A DNA stretch of 64,000 bases from Microcoleaceae cyanobacterium (GCA_051652765.1 JBOFUV010000071.1:32001-96000), one strand, 5' to 3'. Shown: positions 42,595 to 52,522, counted from the first letter of the stretch. The notes: generated from the letters alone by a model not told the origin. Program-made: numbers and translations.

Positions 42595-43215
42595 ATGACC
42601 TCAATCTCTACCCAAAAATTAACCTTTATCGAATTTTTAGAACAGTGCCCTGATGGTTTTGGACGGCATGAACTAGTCAATGGAGAACTCATTAAAGTGC
42701 AACCTACTCGCGCTCACAAGAATGTTGCTCGGTTTCTGGTGCGTTGTTTTGATCAAGAAAGTGAGCGCCTAAATTTAGACTATATTGTTGATAAAGATAT
42801 TCTCGTTAAAACAGCTACTCAAATGGGAGAAGAGCAAGGAAGAAATCCTGATGTTGGAGTTGTCAAAGCGATAGTTTGGAATAGTAATGTACGAGCTTAT
42901 GGTGCATTGATTGAGCCCATCCAGTTGGCTGTAGAAGTGGTTTCAACTAATTGGGAGGATGATTACATCGATAAGCGAGATGAATATCAGCGCTTAGGAA
43001 TTCCTGAATACTGGATTGTAGATTACTTAGCAATTGGTTCCCGTTCTTTTCTGGGCTATCCAAAACAACCAAAAGTCTTTGTCCATCAGTTGATTCAGGG
43101 AGAATATCAGGTTCAGCCTTTTGCAGGCAGTGATCGAATTATTTCTCTAACTTTTCCAGAGTTAGAACTGACCTGTACTCAAGTATTTGCATCAAGCCAG
43201 ATTCAGGAGTTATAG
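42595..43215 (+). CDS. Uma2 family putative endonuclease
   Basis: ELVNGEL, RNPDV, LAVEVVS, YQRLGIPEYWIVD. Confidence 0.9.
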   Translation: MTSISTQKLTFIEFLEQCPDGFGRHELVNGELIKVQPTRAHKNVARFLVRCFDQESERLNLDYIVDKDILVKTATQMGEEQGRNPDVGVVKAIVWNSNVRAYGALIEPIQLAVEVVSTNWEDDYIDKRDEYQRLGIPEYWIVDYLAIGSRSFLGYPKQPKVFVHQLIQGEYQVQPFAGSDRIISLTFPELELTCTQVFASSQIQEL

Positions 43216-43223
43216 ATAGTGCC

Positions 43224-45455
43224 CTAACCCTGAGAATCCAAATAAATTTTCCACATTTGTTGATAAGCATTCTCCATCTCACGAGTGAATTGTTTCCCAT
43301 TCCACAGTGGAGCAGTTTGTCGAGATTTTTTTAATTTCCAAGAAATTTGTTGGCGCAAGTTTTCATCTCGGCCTAAACGAATCCCCCACTCAATATATTC
43401 TTCATCTGTCCAGGCAATTCCTTCTGTAATTCCAGCATTAACCATCATTGTGTAGCTATTACGGCTAGCAAACTGTTGTCCTACGCGAGTTACTAATGGA
43501 ATTCCCATCCAAAGTGTTTCCATCGTTGTTGTTGCGCCATTATAAGGATAGGTATCAAGGACAACATCAGCTATTATCAAATCTGCTCGATGAGTTGCCT
43601 CAGAGGCAGAAAAAGGAATTAACTTGAGGCGATCGCTATTTACACCCTCTGCATCAGCAATATCTGCATAGAACGTTTTGATCGCTTCTTGGTCGGCTAC
43701 GCCTTTAATTAAAAAATAGCTATTCGGAACTTCTGCCAAAATTTTCATTTGGAGTTGAGCAGTGCTGGGATTATATTTGTATCCTCGTTGAGTTACAAGA
43801 TAAGTCACGGCACTATCAGGAATCCCCAACTCGCTTCGTCGCAACTGAGAAATTCCAACTTCAAAACCATCCACTGCAATGTAAGTTTGGGGTAAGCGCC
43901 AGATCTTCTCCGCATAGTATTCTTGAGCTGATTCAGGTAAAACGTAAGGGTCAGCAATATAATAATCTACAGTAGAAACACTTGAAGCATCCCATCCCAG
44001 CCAAGTCACTTGAACAGGCGCAGGTTTAATTGCCATCACTTCACAGGAATTAGTTAATGTAATACTGTCTAAATCTACCAGGATATCAATTTCATCCTCG
44101 GCTATTTGTTCAGCAATTTCCTCACTATCAATTGCAAACTGGTAAGCTTTGTCTGCTTTAGTTAAATACCATTGTTGCAAATCACTAGGCTGAGTTTCAG
44201 CAGCAAAGAGGTAGGCATGAATTTTGAACTTTTCATGATCATGATGCTGAAAAATCCAACGGGCTAACCAACCCACAGAATGATTTTTTAAACAGTGAGA
44301 AAGATAACCAATTTTTAAGCATTTATCAGAGGAACCAGAACTGGGTAGATGTGATTGCCACTGACGACATTTCTTAACTGTATCACGGGAATTTCGTTCG
44401 ATATTAATTTGAGCAACTGCAGCAACTTCACGACGGATCTCTACATTCTCTTGAGGAGAATCTTGAAAATAAGGAAAGAAAAATGTAGCTGAAAACAGAC
44501 GAATTGCGCTTGCTGGAGAAAGGTTGCTTGGTTTTTCTTGAAACAACTCTTCAAGCAAGTTCTTCTGATGTTCCATGGCAGTATAAAACTCTTGCCAATG
44601 ATTTCCTTTACTCATGAAACTCCGCATGATTAGTGCATTTGCAGTCACTTTGTCGGCAAGGGTTACCATCGCATCGTAACAGCGCTGAGCAGTTTCTATT
44701 CCCTGTTCATACTCTCCAATATCCTGATAAAAAGAAGTCAAGCACCGCAATAACTCAGGATGTCTTGGATCAAGAATTAGCCCTTGCTCTGTAAACTTTA
44801 TTGCCAGACGATGCTGCTTATCTGAATACGCAATTTTATAAATGAATGGAATTAGAATGTTTATGAATCCTGGAACATCTTCAATATATGGAATACTAGC
44901 TGCAACGAGTTCATAGGAAGAATCCGCTAAATAGGTATAATCGAGGACATTATTAATAACTTGCAGTAAAAGCTCTGCATTGACAGCGGTAGAGGCTTGA
45001 GAATTGAGTTGTTCTATAATGCCATATTCAGTTAAGTCTTCTGCAGCATAAGTTTTCAGTAATGTTGACAGACCAATAATGTGAAGTAGATTGTTAACAT
45101 TTTCTGGCTGAATCTCTCGAATATGCTGTCGAATCACCCAAGCTACTTTATAGTCCCCCGATTCCCAACGTTGTCGCTCTGCCTCAGTTTGTAAAACCTG
45201 AACTAGCTCATTTGTCCATTGATCAATCTCTTTTTCTTCCCCATCTGCCATTCCTAACAACCAGGTTGTCTGAGCTTCCGCTTCCTGCCCTTGCAACAAA
45301 AATGCCAAACCCAGATTCCAATAGTGCGATCTGACATCAGACTCTATTTCAATTGCCTGCTCATATAACCGAGCAAATTCAACGTAATTGTTATTGATTA
45401 AATGCTGCTGTGCTAGTTGTTGCCAGTCTGGCTTTAACGTTGGATGACTAGTCAT
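43224..45455 (-). CDS. O-linked GlcNAc transferase-like protein (TPR + GT41), OgtA-like
   Basis: KIGYLS....HSVG, DILVDLD, PAPVQVTWLG, LDTYPYNGATTTMETLWMGIP; directly downstream of pilin. Confidence 0.9.
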   Translation of the reverse strand: MTSHPTLKPDWQQLAQQHLINNNYVEFARLYEQAIEIESDVRSHYWNLGLAFLLQGQEAEAQTTWLLGMADGEEKEIDQWTNELVQVLQTEAERQRWESGDYKVAWVIRQHIREIQPENVNNLLHIIGLSTLLKTYAAEDLTEYGIIEQLNSQASTAVNAELLLQVINNVLDYTYLADSSYELVAASIPYIEDVPGFINILIPFIYKIAYSDKQHRLAIKFTEQGLILDPRHPELLRCLTSFYQDIGEYEQGIETAQRCYDAMVTLADKVTANALIMRSFMSKGNHWQEFYTAMEHQKNLLEELFQEKPSNLSPASAIRLFSATFFFPYFQDSPQENVEIRREVAAVAQINIERNSRDTVKKCRQWQSHLPSSGSSDKCLKIGYLSHCLKNHSVGWLARWIFQHHDHEKFKIHAYLFAAETQPSDLQQWYLTKADKAYQFAIDSEEIAEQIAEDEIDILVDLDSITLTNSCEVMAIKPAPVQVTWLGWDASSVSTVDYYIADPYVLPESAQEYYAEKIWRLPQTYIAVDGFEVGISQLRRSELGIPDSAVTYLVTQRGYKYNPSTAQLQMKILAEVPNSYFLIKGVADQEAIKTFYADIADAEGVNSDRLKLIPFSASEATHRADLIIADVVLDTYPYNGATTTMETLWMGIPLVTRVGQQFASRNSYTMMVNAGITEGIAWTDEEYIEWGIRLGRDENLRQQISWKLKKSRQTAPLWNGKQFTREMENAYQQMWKIYLDSQG

Positions 45456-45535
45456 AGATGAGGTGATACGCGGCTAAGCATTCTTTGGCCCCCCAGTATT
45501 GGGGCTGGGGGCAAGTGTGTAAGTCCCAATAAACT

Positions 45536-45573
45536 AAAAACAGGTAGCATCCTAATGAACACTACCTGCTTTT
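45536..45573 (-). terminator. Rho-independent terminator after pilA
   Basis: Minus strand CAGGTAG...CTACCTG stem followed by TTTTT. Confidence 0.7.
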
Positions 45574-45605
45574 ATCTGTTCGGATAAGTGACGGTAATTC
45601 TTAAG

Positions 45606-46187
45606 TTACTTCGTTACTTCTGTTTGACCAGTACCACATACAAGTCTTCCAGTTTTAACTTCTGGGTTAGCTACAGTAGCAGTAAACTCTCCTGCACTAG
45701 CTTGCTGCTGACAGAGGACAGAAGTAGTTGATTTATCTGTTCCGGCAGGTACTAACGAAACTCCTCCAGCGTATGCTAGAAGAGCCACACTTGCGGGTTT
45801 AGCCGTGCTAACAACGCCCTGCTCCTCACCAAGTTTTGCTTCCTTACCTAGCTCATACTTATAGTTAGTCGTCTGAGTTTTGATACCAAGCCCTAAGTCG
45901 GTAATTGCTAAGTCTCTCGTCTTGGTAGGATCAGCAGGATCAATTATAAACTTAAATGTACTGCTCTCCGCATAATGAGCTTGTATCCCTTTACTAATCG
46001 ATGAGAGATACTGTTTCGCCTCAGACTGCTTGGCTTTGTTGGCTTGGTTCAAGAAGGATGGAAGGGCGATCGCTGACAAGATACCAATAATGATAATTAC
46101 GACCAACAATTCAATCAGGGTGAAACCCTCTTCTTTTCTCTTATTCGCAACGTGTTGTAGAAACTTTGCTTTAAATTCGGTCTTCAT
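45606..46187 (-). CDS. pilA: Type IV major pilin
   Basis: Prepilin site EG|FTLIELLVVIIIIGILSAIALPSF with Glu5; C-terminal Cys pair. Confidence 0.93.
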   Translation of the reverse strand: MKTEFKAKFLQHVANKRKEEGFTLIELLVVIIIIGILSAIALPSFLNQANKAKQSEAKQYLSSISKGIQAHYAESSTFKFIIDPADPTKTRDLAITDLGLGIKTQTTNYKYELGKEAKLGEEQGVVSTAKPASVALLAYAGGVSLVPAGTDKSTTSVLCQQQASAGEFTATVANPEVKTGRLVCGTGQTEVTK

Positions 46188-46238
46188 GGATGATTTCTCC
46201 TTTGGGGTTGGAATCTTATTCCTTAGCTGTATTCCTAA

Positions 46239-46245
46239 CTTACCC
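46239..46245 (-). promoter_or_regulatory. SigF-type promoter element GGGTAAG upstream of pilA
   Basis: Minus strand GGGTAAG ~52 nt upstream of the pilA start, matching the motif known for cyanobacterial SigF-dependent pilA promoters. Confidence 0.6.
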
Positions 46246-46264
46246 AGGCACTGTCCGTTTCATA

Positions 46265-47623
46265 TCACCCCTCTGAAAATTCTTCAGAATTTTCAGCAGA
46301 TCGCTCTAAGAGCACATACAGAAAGGGTTCAAGGTCAGTTAACAGTTCTTTCATCTGCTCAAATGCCATGCAATCCGTTGTGGGCTCCAGCGTCAGAGGA
46401 TTCAGAGGTTGGATCTTTTTCCAACGTTCGACCAACGCTGTAAAGGGTTGCGGCCCATCCCATAGGGGGAGAAGACTTGTAGCTCGACTACTTTCAATAT
46501 TGATAGGAACTAGAGCAGGTAACGACACGTATTGACTGATGACAAAAGGTTGATGCTTGCCAACGCAGTCTATTAGATCCTTTTGGGCTTTTTCATGCCG
46601 AATTTGAGGATGGAGATGAACTTGAACCTGTTGCCAATCTGAATCTGTCCACTCTGAGATTTCGGTTAACGGTTGAGTTGCCTCAGGATGACCGCACCAG
46701 AAGTCAATCAAACGATGAATGGGATGTAGCAATTCAAAGATAGTTAGACGTTCTCTAGTAGAAGCTTCTGGTAAAGTCATTGCTAGAAATGCAGGCAAGT
46801 TATCAGGCTCTTTGAATAACTCCATCAGATCCCAGTATCGCCAATTCACCATACTGACAAACTCCAGATCAGCCTTGTCCAAAGCATCAAACAGTTCAGG
46901 AATGGTATATCCTTTGTCTCCCTGGAACAAATAGTTCATCAATACCCCTTCTTCTGATTGGTCTAATCGAGATGTCCAGGTTTGTTGCTTTAACTGCACA
47001 TTATCATGCAAGGATTTCATGACTTCCCTTGACAGTTCGACCTCCATTTCACGGGGATTGTCATCCATTAGACCCATGGTTTTAAACAATTGCTGTGCTC
47101 TAAAATAATTCACGCGCTGAATTGCACTATGGAGATTTGCCCGAATAATGCCATTCGGTTTCAAGACGGATTTCAATGCCTTCAACGTAACAGCAATATT
47201 TGGGAATAAATAGAGCAGCTCATCAATGTTAATATAATCAAACTCTAGATTGAGTTGAGAGATATCATCAACAGAGAGAACATGAAACTCATGATTTGTA
47301 AAGCCGTAATGTTCAAGTCGTTGTTGAGCAAGTTTAACTGATTCTTCGGAAATATCAATCCCAACAATTCTCGCTCCGGGATTGGCTTCTGCTAAAACTA
47401 GAGACTTATAACCACTGCCGCAGCCTGCGTCTAGAATAACTTTTCCTTCAGTACTAATAACTTTCTGATTTCTTAAATAGTAAGAAGTGACTAGATTATG
47501 AATATAGAGCGATTGATAATCTTCCTTAGGCGATTGCTCTAAAGGAGTACGTGGGTAAGGGGCTGAGTCAAACTGTTGACGAATTTTTTCGAGTAACTCT
47601 GGGTCTTTTGGCTCCATGTTCAC
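46265..47623 (-). CDS. Class I SAM-dependent methyltransferase
   Basis: ILDAGCGSG motif I, IVGIDIS, LKPNG; PYP N-terminal motif. Confidence 0.88.
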   Translation of the reverse strand: MNMEPKDPELLEKIRQQFDSAPYPRTPLEQSPKEDYQSLYIHNLVTSYYLRNQKVISTEGKVILDAGCGSGYKSLVLAEANPGARIVGIDISEESVKLAQQRLEHYGFTNHEFHVLSVDDISQLNLEFDYINIDELLYLFPNIAVTLKALKSVLKPNGIIRANLHSAIQRVNYFRAQQLFKTMGLMDDNPREMEVELSREVMKSLHDNVQLKQQTWTSRLDQSEEGVLMNYLFQGDKGYTIPELFDALDKADLEFVSMVNWRYWDLMELFKEPDNLPAFLAMTLPEASTRERLTIFELLHPIHRLIDFWCGHPEATQPLTEISEWTDSDWQQVQVHLHPQIRHEKAQKDLIDCVGKHQPFVISQYVSLPALVPINIESSRATSLLPLWDGPQPFTALVERWKKIQPLNPLTLEPTTDCMAFEQMKELLTDLEPFLYVLLERSAENSEEFSEG

Positions 47624-47690
47624 AATTCTTCTGTGCTAATCTCTGACCAATGATATCTTAATTCTTAAACCCTGACTCTAGTTTGCAATC

Positions 47691-47882
47691 ATGAAAGATG
47701 CTAAAGGATATATCCTTAAGATTTTGCTGTTGTCTGCTGCACTTTCCCTGCTGATTAAATCCACTGGGCCTAGGCTGGAAGTTCCTGCAACAGCGGTCAA
47801 CGCTCTAATTGCTGTGTTCCTCCCGAGCCTAATGCTGGCTGGATTACTAATTGGGAGGCAAACCAATCAAAAGTCGTTATAG
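47691..47882 (+). CDS. Small hypothetical membrane protein
   Basis: 63 aa, two hydrophobic helices. Confidence 0.6.
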   Translation: MKDAKGYILKILLLSAALSLLIKSTGPRLEVPATAVNALIAVFLPSLMLAGLLIGRQTNQKSL

Positions 47883-47900
47883 TCTCTGAGGGTCTAGAAT

Positions 47901-48611
47901 TCAACGATTCAATAGGTAGCCGTTCAGGACAAACGCTACAGCAGCACTGCCGAGGGGAACGGTGAGGTTGTCAATACCGAGTTTTGAGAAGACTTCCAGG
48001 CCAGTGGCCACGAGAGCGACAACCCCTGAAACGACCCAGGTTTGCCAGAGATTACCCTGAACGTTCAAGAGAATCAAGCTAGACACAACATAACTGACCA
48101 AACCCATGGTAAGAGACCCTTCCCAGCTCTTGCGAATCTCACCAACTTGGTAAGGATGATTGCCAAACCGTTGACCGATCACCGCCGCCAAACCATCCCC
48201 CCAGGCCATGATCAGAATACCGATAGCCGCATATTCTGGCTTTTCCACCGACCAAAACCATCCAATCAGCAAACCCACACTGACGGCGTAAAAAAATGTG
48301 CCCAAGCTCTTGCGGCCCACGCTGTTAACACTGGGCAAAATGGGAATTTGGTAAGAAATCAAAGCCACCATACCCGAAATCACCCCAGCCGCAACCCCGA
48401 TCCAACCCGGAATCTGCAGCCACCACGCTAACAAAATCACATTTCCCGTGCCAATATGCACAATTTTGCGGGAGACCTCAGGGCTAACGGATTTCCAGCG
48501 GTTTAAGCCTTCCGCAATCAGCAAAATGACTCCAAGCCAAGCCCCAACCAAGATCACATGTTGCCAAACATTCGGATTTTCGCTCAGGAGAGTCATGGGA
48601 ATCATTTGCAA
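47901..48611 (-). CDS. Phytol/polyprenol kinase family protein (VTE5-like, cytidylyltransferase family)
   Basis: RKIVHIGTG, GDGLAAVIG, KSWEGS, IDNLTVP. Confidence 0.88.
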   Translation of the reverse strand: MQMIPMTLLSENPNVWQHVILVGAWLGVILLIAEGLNRWKSVSPEVSRKIVHIGTGNVILLAWWLQIPGWIGVAAGVISGMVALISYQIPILPSVNSVGRKSLGTFFYAVSVGLLIGWFWSVEKPEYAAIGILIMAWGDGLAAVIGQRFGNHPYQVGEIRKSWEGSLTMGLVSYVVSSLILLNVQGNLWQTWVVSGVVALVATGLEVFSKLGIDNLTVPLGSAAVAFVLNGYLLNR

Positions 48612-48937
48612 CGTTCGGGGGGCGCGCCCTGAGGAACTTTAGGAACCTGGATTGAAAGACCGTGGAGCAGATCAGAATACCATTCCTGTCAATCCAACAC
48701 CACCTTCAATCATCCAGCTTAATATACCTGGAGTGATTTTTCACTCAAACAGTGAATCCTTTCTCTCGAATGCCTGATATTGAGGGGCATTGAGGTTCAT
48801 TGAGGGGCATTGGGGTTTAAGCGGCGCTGTTGGCCGATGAGAAATCATTTAACAAAAATTGACCTTAGTTGACTTTTGTTGATCTTTAAGTCAGTTGTAC
48901 AAAAAATCAGCTATACTGAAGAAACAACACACCCAGA

Positions 48938-49498
48938 TTGATACAAATCTCCACATTTATGGTTGTAGCAGGTCAGGCAAGCATCGAATACACTAGATAC
49001 AGACAGCCCATTCGGCGATCGCCAGAGGAAGGGTTGGATGTCGTCGAACGTGTGACCGTCATGAAAGAACAGGACTGTTTAGTCGTTTATGCAGAACTGG
49101 TTGAAACCCTCAAGCGCCTTGGTCTGGGATGGGTAGCTGAACAGGTTGTTGAGGTTGTCAGTGCGGGCAAAGTGGTCGAAGAAACGGTCTCTGGACGTAA
49201 GACACCCGATCTAAAGTTAACCTATCACACGCCTTCAGAACAGGTGCTGCTATTAATTCAAGCCATTGAAAAAGCAGTCATTGATACTCTGGACATCGAG
49301 TTAAGTCTTGCAGAAAGCTTGGGTCAGGAAGACACTGGGGCGATCGCGCCCGAAATCCACTTCACGTCATCATTGGGTGGCCAAGAAAATAGATTTAAGT
49401 TTACTCAAGATGCCATTGAACATCGCCAAAAACAGCTTAAGAGTTTGCGAATGTCATTAAATACGTTAAGACTTGAACACTTAAACCCAAACGCTTAA
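48938..49498 (+). CDS. Hypothetical protein
   Basis: Open frame 32 bp upstream of the next gene; real start probably ATG 49061 (MKEQD). Confidence 0.6.
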   Translation: MIQISTFMVVAGQASIEYTRYRQPIRRSPEEGLDVVERVTVMKEQDCLVVYAELVETLKRLGLGWVAEQVVEVVSAGKVVEETVSGRKTPDLKLTYHTPSEQVLLLIQAIEKAVIDTLDIELSLAESLGQEDTGAIAPEIHFTSSLGGQENRFKFTQDAIEHRQKQLKSLRMSLNTLRLEHLNPNA

Positions 49499-49530
49499 AT
49501 CTAAACCCTTAAAACAGGAAATACTGAACG

Positions 49531-50202
49531 ATGCCAGCCAGCTCCGCCTTGATTAAAACTCTGCAAAATCAGTTGAAACAGGTAATCAACCCTGAGATTC
49601 AAGCTGCATCTGAAATCGCTGATTTATATAAGTTCTATATTTTTAACTTAATGATCAAGGCTGCTCGTAATGAAGGCGCATTTGTTCACTATCAAGATGT
49701 CTTAAAACATGATCCTGAACGGTTAGTATTTCGTCAGCGGGCAGGGCAAATTCATGACACGTCTCAATCCTATACTCACGCTGTGATTGAGTTTAAAAAT
49801 AAACCGATTCTAGAGTTACACATTGGCGTAAAAGCTCAGGGTCGATTGCGAGTTTTGTATGATTGCGATGTCTGTATTTTATACAAGATAGAAGCAGAAA
49901 GTTGCCGAACCAATCAGCGAATTCCTCGCGCTTCAGGAATCTTAATGGTTGTAGATTGCCAGCATTATACCTCTGAACTTCCCCTGGAATCGGCTCAAGC
50001 ATTTCTAGCTTTGTCCTCGGAACTGCGACTGATGGGAGGTTGTTATTTCGTCTCGAATAGTGCTTCTGATGCTGTGGCAAAGCTGCTCGCGAGCCGCAAG
50101 CGAAAGTGGGATTATAATGTTGTTCCTAATACTGAGAATAATGTTAATCGCCTGATGTATGAATTTCAAACTAACTTTAAAGACTTCAAGGCGAAACATT
50201 AG
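49531..50202 (+). CDS. Hypothetical protein, restriction-endonuclease-like fold suspected
   Basis: ELHIGVKAQG...YDCDVCIL...VVDCQHY resembles a PD-(D/E)xK core with altered ExK. Confidence 0.55.
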   Translation: MPASSALIKTLQNQLKQVINPEIQAASEIADLYKFYIFNLMIKAARNEGAFVHYQDVLKHDPERLVFRQRAGQIHDTSQSYTHAVIEFKNKPILELHIGVKAQGRLRVLYDCDVCILYKIEAESCRTNQRIPRASGILMVVDCQHYTSELPLESAQAFLALSSELRLMGGCYFVSNSASDAVAKLLASRKRKWDYNVVPNTENNVNRLMYEFQTNFKDFKAKH

Positions 50203-50231
50203 GGAGCTTGGAGGCAACGCCCCCAAGCTCC
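50203..50231. terminator. GC-rich hairpin right after stop codon
   Basis: GGAGCTTGG...CCAAGCTCC inverted repeat. Confidence 0.5.
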
Positions 50232-50314
50232 ATTGATTCACACCTCAATTTCGTGGAAAATGCTATGTCGAAAAACGCTTCTACAATGTTGGATATACCT
50301 TAATACCAATCAGG

Positions 50315-51817
50315 ATGAACTTTTTTGACAAGCTTCTCACTGCAATTGATCGTTGCCAGAGTTTGCTCTATGTTGCCCTTGATCCCCAGCTAGAAGGGGA
50401 GTTCCAGCTCAATCTTGCTCAACAACAGGATTGGATTCAGGGTGTCATTCGTCAGACTCAGGGCCAAATTTGTGCCTACAAGCTGAACCTGGGATTTTAT
50501 CTAGCCTTGGGCACGGAGGGAATTGAACTGTTGCAGTGGGTGCTCCAGCATCTGCCGCCGGACATTCCCACCATTCTGGATGCCAAGTACAGCGATCTCA
50601 ATAGCAGTACAGCCTTTGCGCGCCTCATTTTTGAGCAGTGGCAATTTGATGCTTGCACAGTCATGGCCTATGCCGGACAAGACCAAGTCACGCCTTTTTT
50701 GCTCTATCCCGGCAAAGCAGTTTTTGTCTTAGGGACGACCGCCAATCCCTCTGCAAAAATGGTGCAGGACTATCCTGATGCTCAACAACCGTTATCTTTG
50801 CAGTTGGTCAAAACTGCCCAAACTTGGGGTACACCGGATCAAGTGGGAGTAGAAGTGGGGATGATGGCGGATAGGTTGGCCAAGGTGAGAAAGGCCGCCC
50901 CTGAGCGGTTGATTTTGCTTGAGGGCAATGCTGCTGCAGAAGATGATTTAACTCAGGACAGTGACTTAACGCAAATTCTAGCTGCTGGGTTAAATGCGAG
51001 TGGAGAAGGTTTATTGTTACCAATTCCACCACGATTTTTAATGAATCAGAACGCTTCTGGAATTATTTCTGAAATAAGTACCCCAAAAACAAGTACCCCA
51101 AAAACAAGTACCCCTGAAATAATTCTTCAGGGGATTAATCATCTGCGGGAAAGGATTAATATTGAACGCCAAAAAGTGCTTGAAAACAGTCCCACCTGTG
51201 AACTATGGCTGCCTGATATTTGCTTTTTAGATTCTCAACCTCACCGGGATTTAATTCTACAACTTTACGATATTGGCTGTATTGTTTTTGGCGAGCATGT
51301 GCAATCTTCTGGGGAAGTTTTTCCTTACTATGTTGATCTGCGACGAATTATTTCAATCCCTCAAGTCTTTCATCAAATTGTTAGCGCCTATGCTGAAATT
51401 TTGCAAGGATTAACGTTTGATCGGATCGCTGGAATTCCCTATGGTTCCCTCCCCACCGCCACAGGTTTGGCTCTGCGTCTGGAACGTCCGATGATTTTCC
51501 CTCGAAAAGAAGTCAAAAGTTATGGCACAGGACGCTTGGTAGAAGGTCATTTTCAACAGGGAGAAACAATTGTCGTAGTTGACGATATTTTAATTACAGG
51601 AAACAGTGTTGTCCAGGGTGCGGAAAAGTTACAATCAGTCGGATTAAACGTTCAAGATATTGTGGTGTTTATTGATCACGGTCGGAACGTCATAGACAAA
51701 CTGCAGCAGCAAGGCTATCAAGGTCACGCGGTGTTAACCTTGGGTGAAATTGCCGAAACCCTATATCAATCTAACCGGATTACCCAAACGGAATTCGAAC
51801 TTTTTCAACAGAGTTAG
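50315..51817 (+). CDS. pyrFE: Bifunctional OMP decarboxylase / orotate phosphoribosyltransferase
   Basis: VALDP, AYKLNLGFY, LDAKYSD (PyrF); YYVDLR, RKEVKSYG, VVVDDILITGNS (PyrE PRPP motif). Confidence 0.92.
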   Translation: MNFFDKLLTAIDRCQSLLYVALDPQLEGEFQLNLAQQQDWIQGVIRQTQGQICAYKLNLGFYLALGTEGIELLQWVLQHLPPDIPTILDAKYSDLNSSTAFARLIFEQWQFDACTVMAYAGQDQVTPFLLYPGKAVFVLGTTANPSAKMVQDYPDAQQPLSLQLVKTAQTWGTPDQVGVEVGMMADRLAKVRKAAPERLILLEGNAAAEDDLTQDSDLTQILAAGLNASGEGLLLPIPPRFLMNQNASGIISEISTPKTSTPKTSTPEIILQGINHLRERINIERQKVLENSPTCELWLPDICFLDSQPHRDLILQLYDIGCIVFGEHVQSSGEVFPYYVDLRRIISIPQVFHQIVSAYAEILQGLTFDRIAGIPYGSLPTATGLALRLERPMIFPRKEVKSYGTGRLVEGHFQQGETIVVVDDILITGNSVVQGAEKLQSVGLNVQDIVVFIDHGRNVIDKLQQQGYQGHAVLTLGEIAETLYQSNRITQTEFELFQQS

Positions 51818-52011
51818 AATTTGGAGGAGAACATGATCAAATCGCAAGTTGAGCAACAACTTTTTTGACTGACAGCATAATATCAATGACGACTTAAAGT
51901 TTAGATGCGATCAATTCTAGCTATTCCTAAAAAATTTCTGCCTCTGACCTGAACATTGATCAACAGCTTTTGCCGCTCAACCCTCAACATAATCCTACAA
52001 AAGAAAATTAG

Positions 52012-52155
52012 ATTTTGTCAGGACTGGGGGTAAACCGAGCGTAGAATCTTACAATGAATTTTAGTTATGAATTCCAGTGAAGCGACTTGAGGTGTCATTG
52101 AACAGTATTCATTCCAGCCCGACCCTAGTTCATCTGCTGCGCGATCGCGCCCAAA
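52012..52155 (+). repeat. Left copy of 144-bp direct repeat (duplicated upstream region and truncated 5' end of FAAL gene)
   Basis: Matches 59190-59333 with a single mismatch; contains HIP1 at 52141-52148. Confidence 0.95.
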
Positions 52156-52522
52156 TTTTACCTAAAGCAGTGATGCTGCCACCTGTAATAATGAGAACCA
52201 TACCTCCAAATACTCCAGGAAGTGTAGCCGCTACCGTTTGAGAGAAAATCTGCTTTTTTGTGCGATTTTGTTCTTTTATCTGCTTCCACCATGCTTCTGA
52301 CTGGCGCTGGGATTCTTCAAAACTTTGACCAGGATTTGAGCGAGGCATACTGGGATGATCGCCCGGTTTTATGAGTTCGATAAAGCCTGATCCAAAGGTG
52401 AAGAAGCCTGATAGGAAAACAATTACACCTGCTGTCGAAATCGCCATTCCCAAGTAGATGACAGCTTTTCTGGATGCTGGGATTGGTTGATAGGGAGCGA
52501 TCGGGTTGGAATGGGTGGGCAT
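52130..52522 (-). CDS. Hypothetical two-TM membrane protein; 3' end lies inside the direct repeat
   Basis: Two Gly-rich hydrophobic segments; last ~8 codons and stop come from the antisense of the duplicated FAAL sequence. Confidence 0.65.
   Translation of the reverse strand: MPTHSNPIAPYQPIPASRKAVIYLGMAISTAGVIVFLSGFFTFGSGFIELIKPGDHPSMPRSNPGQSFEESQRQSEAWWKQIKEQNRTKKQIFSQTVAATLPGVFGGMVLIITGGSITALGKIWARSRSR

Noticed and set aside
46030..46443. 137-aa + strand ORF
   Set aside because: Antisense to pilA and the methyltransferase 3' end; no motif support
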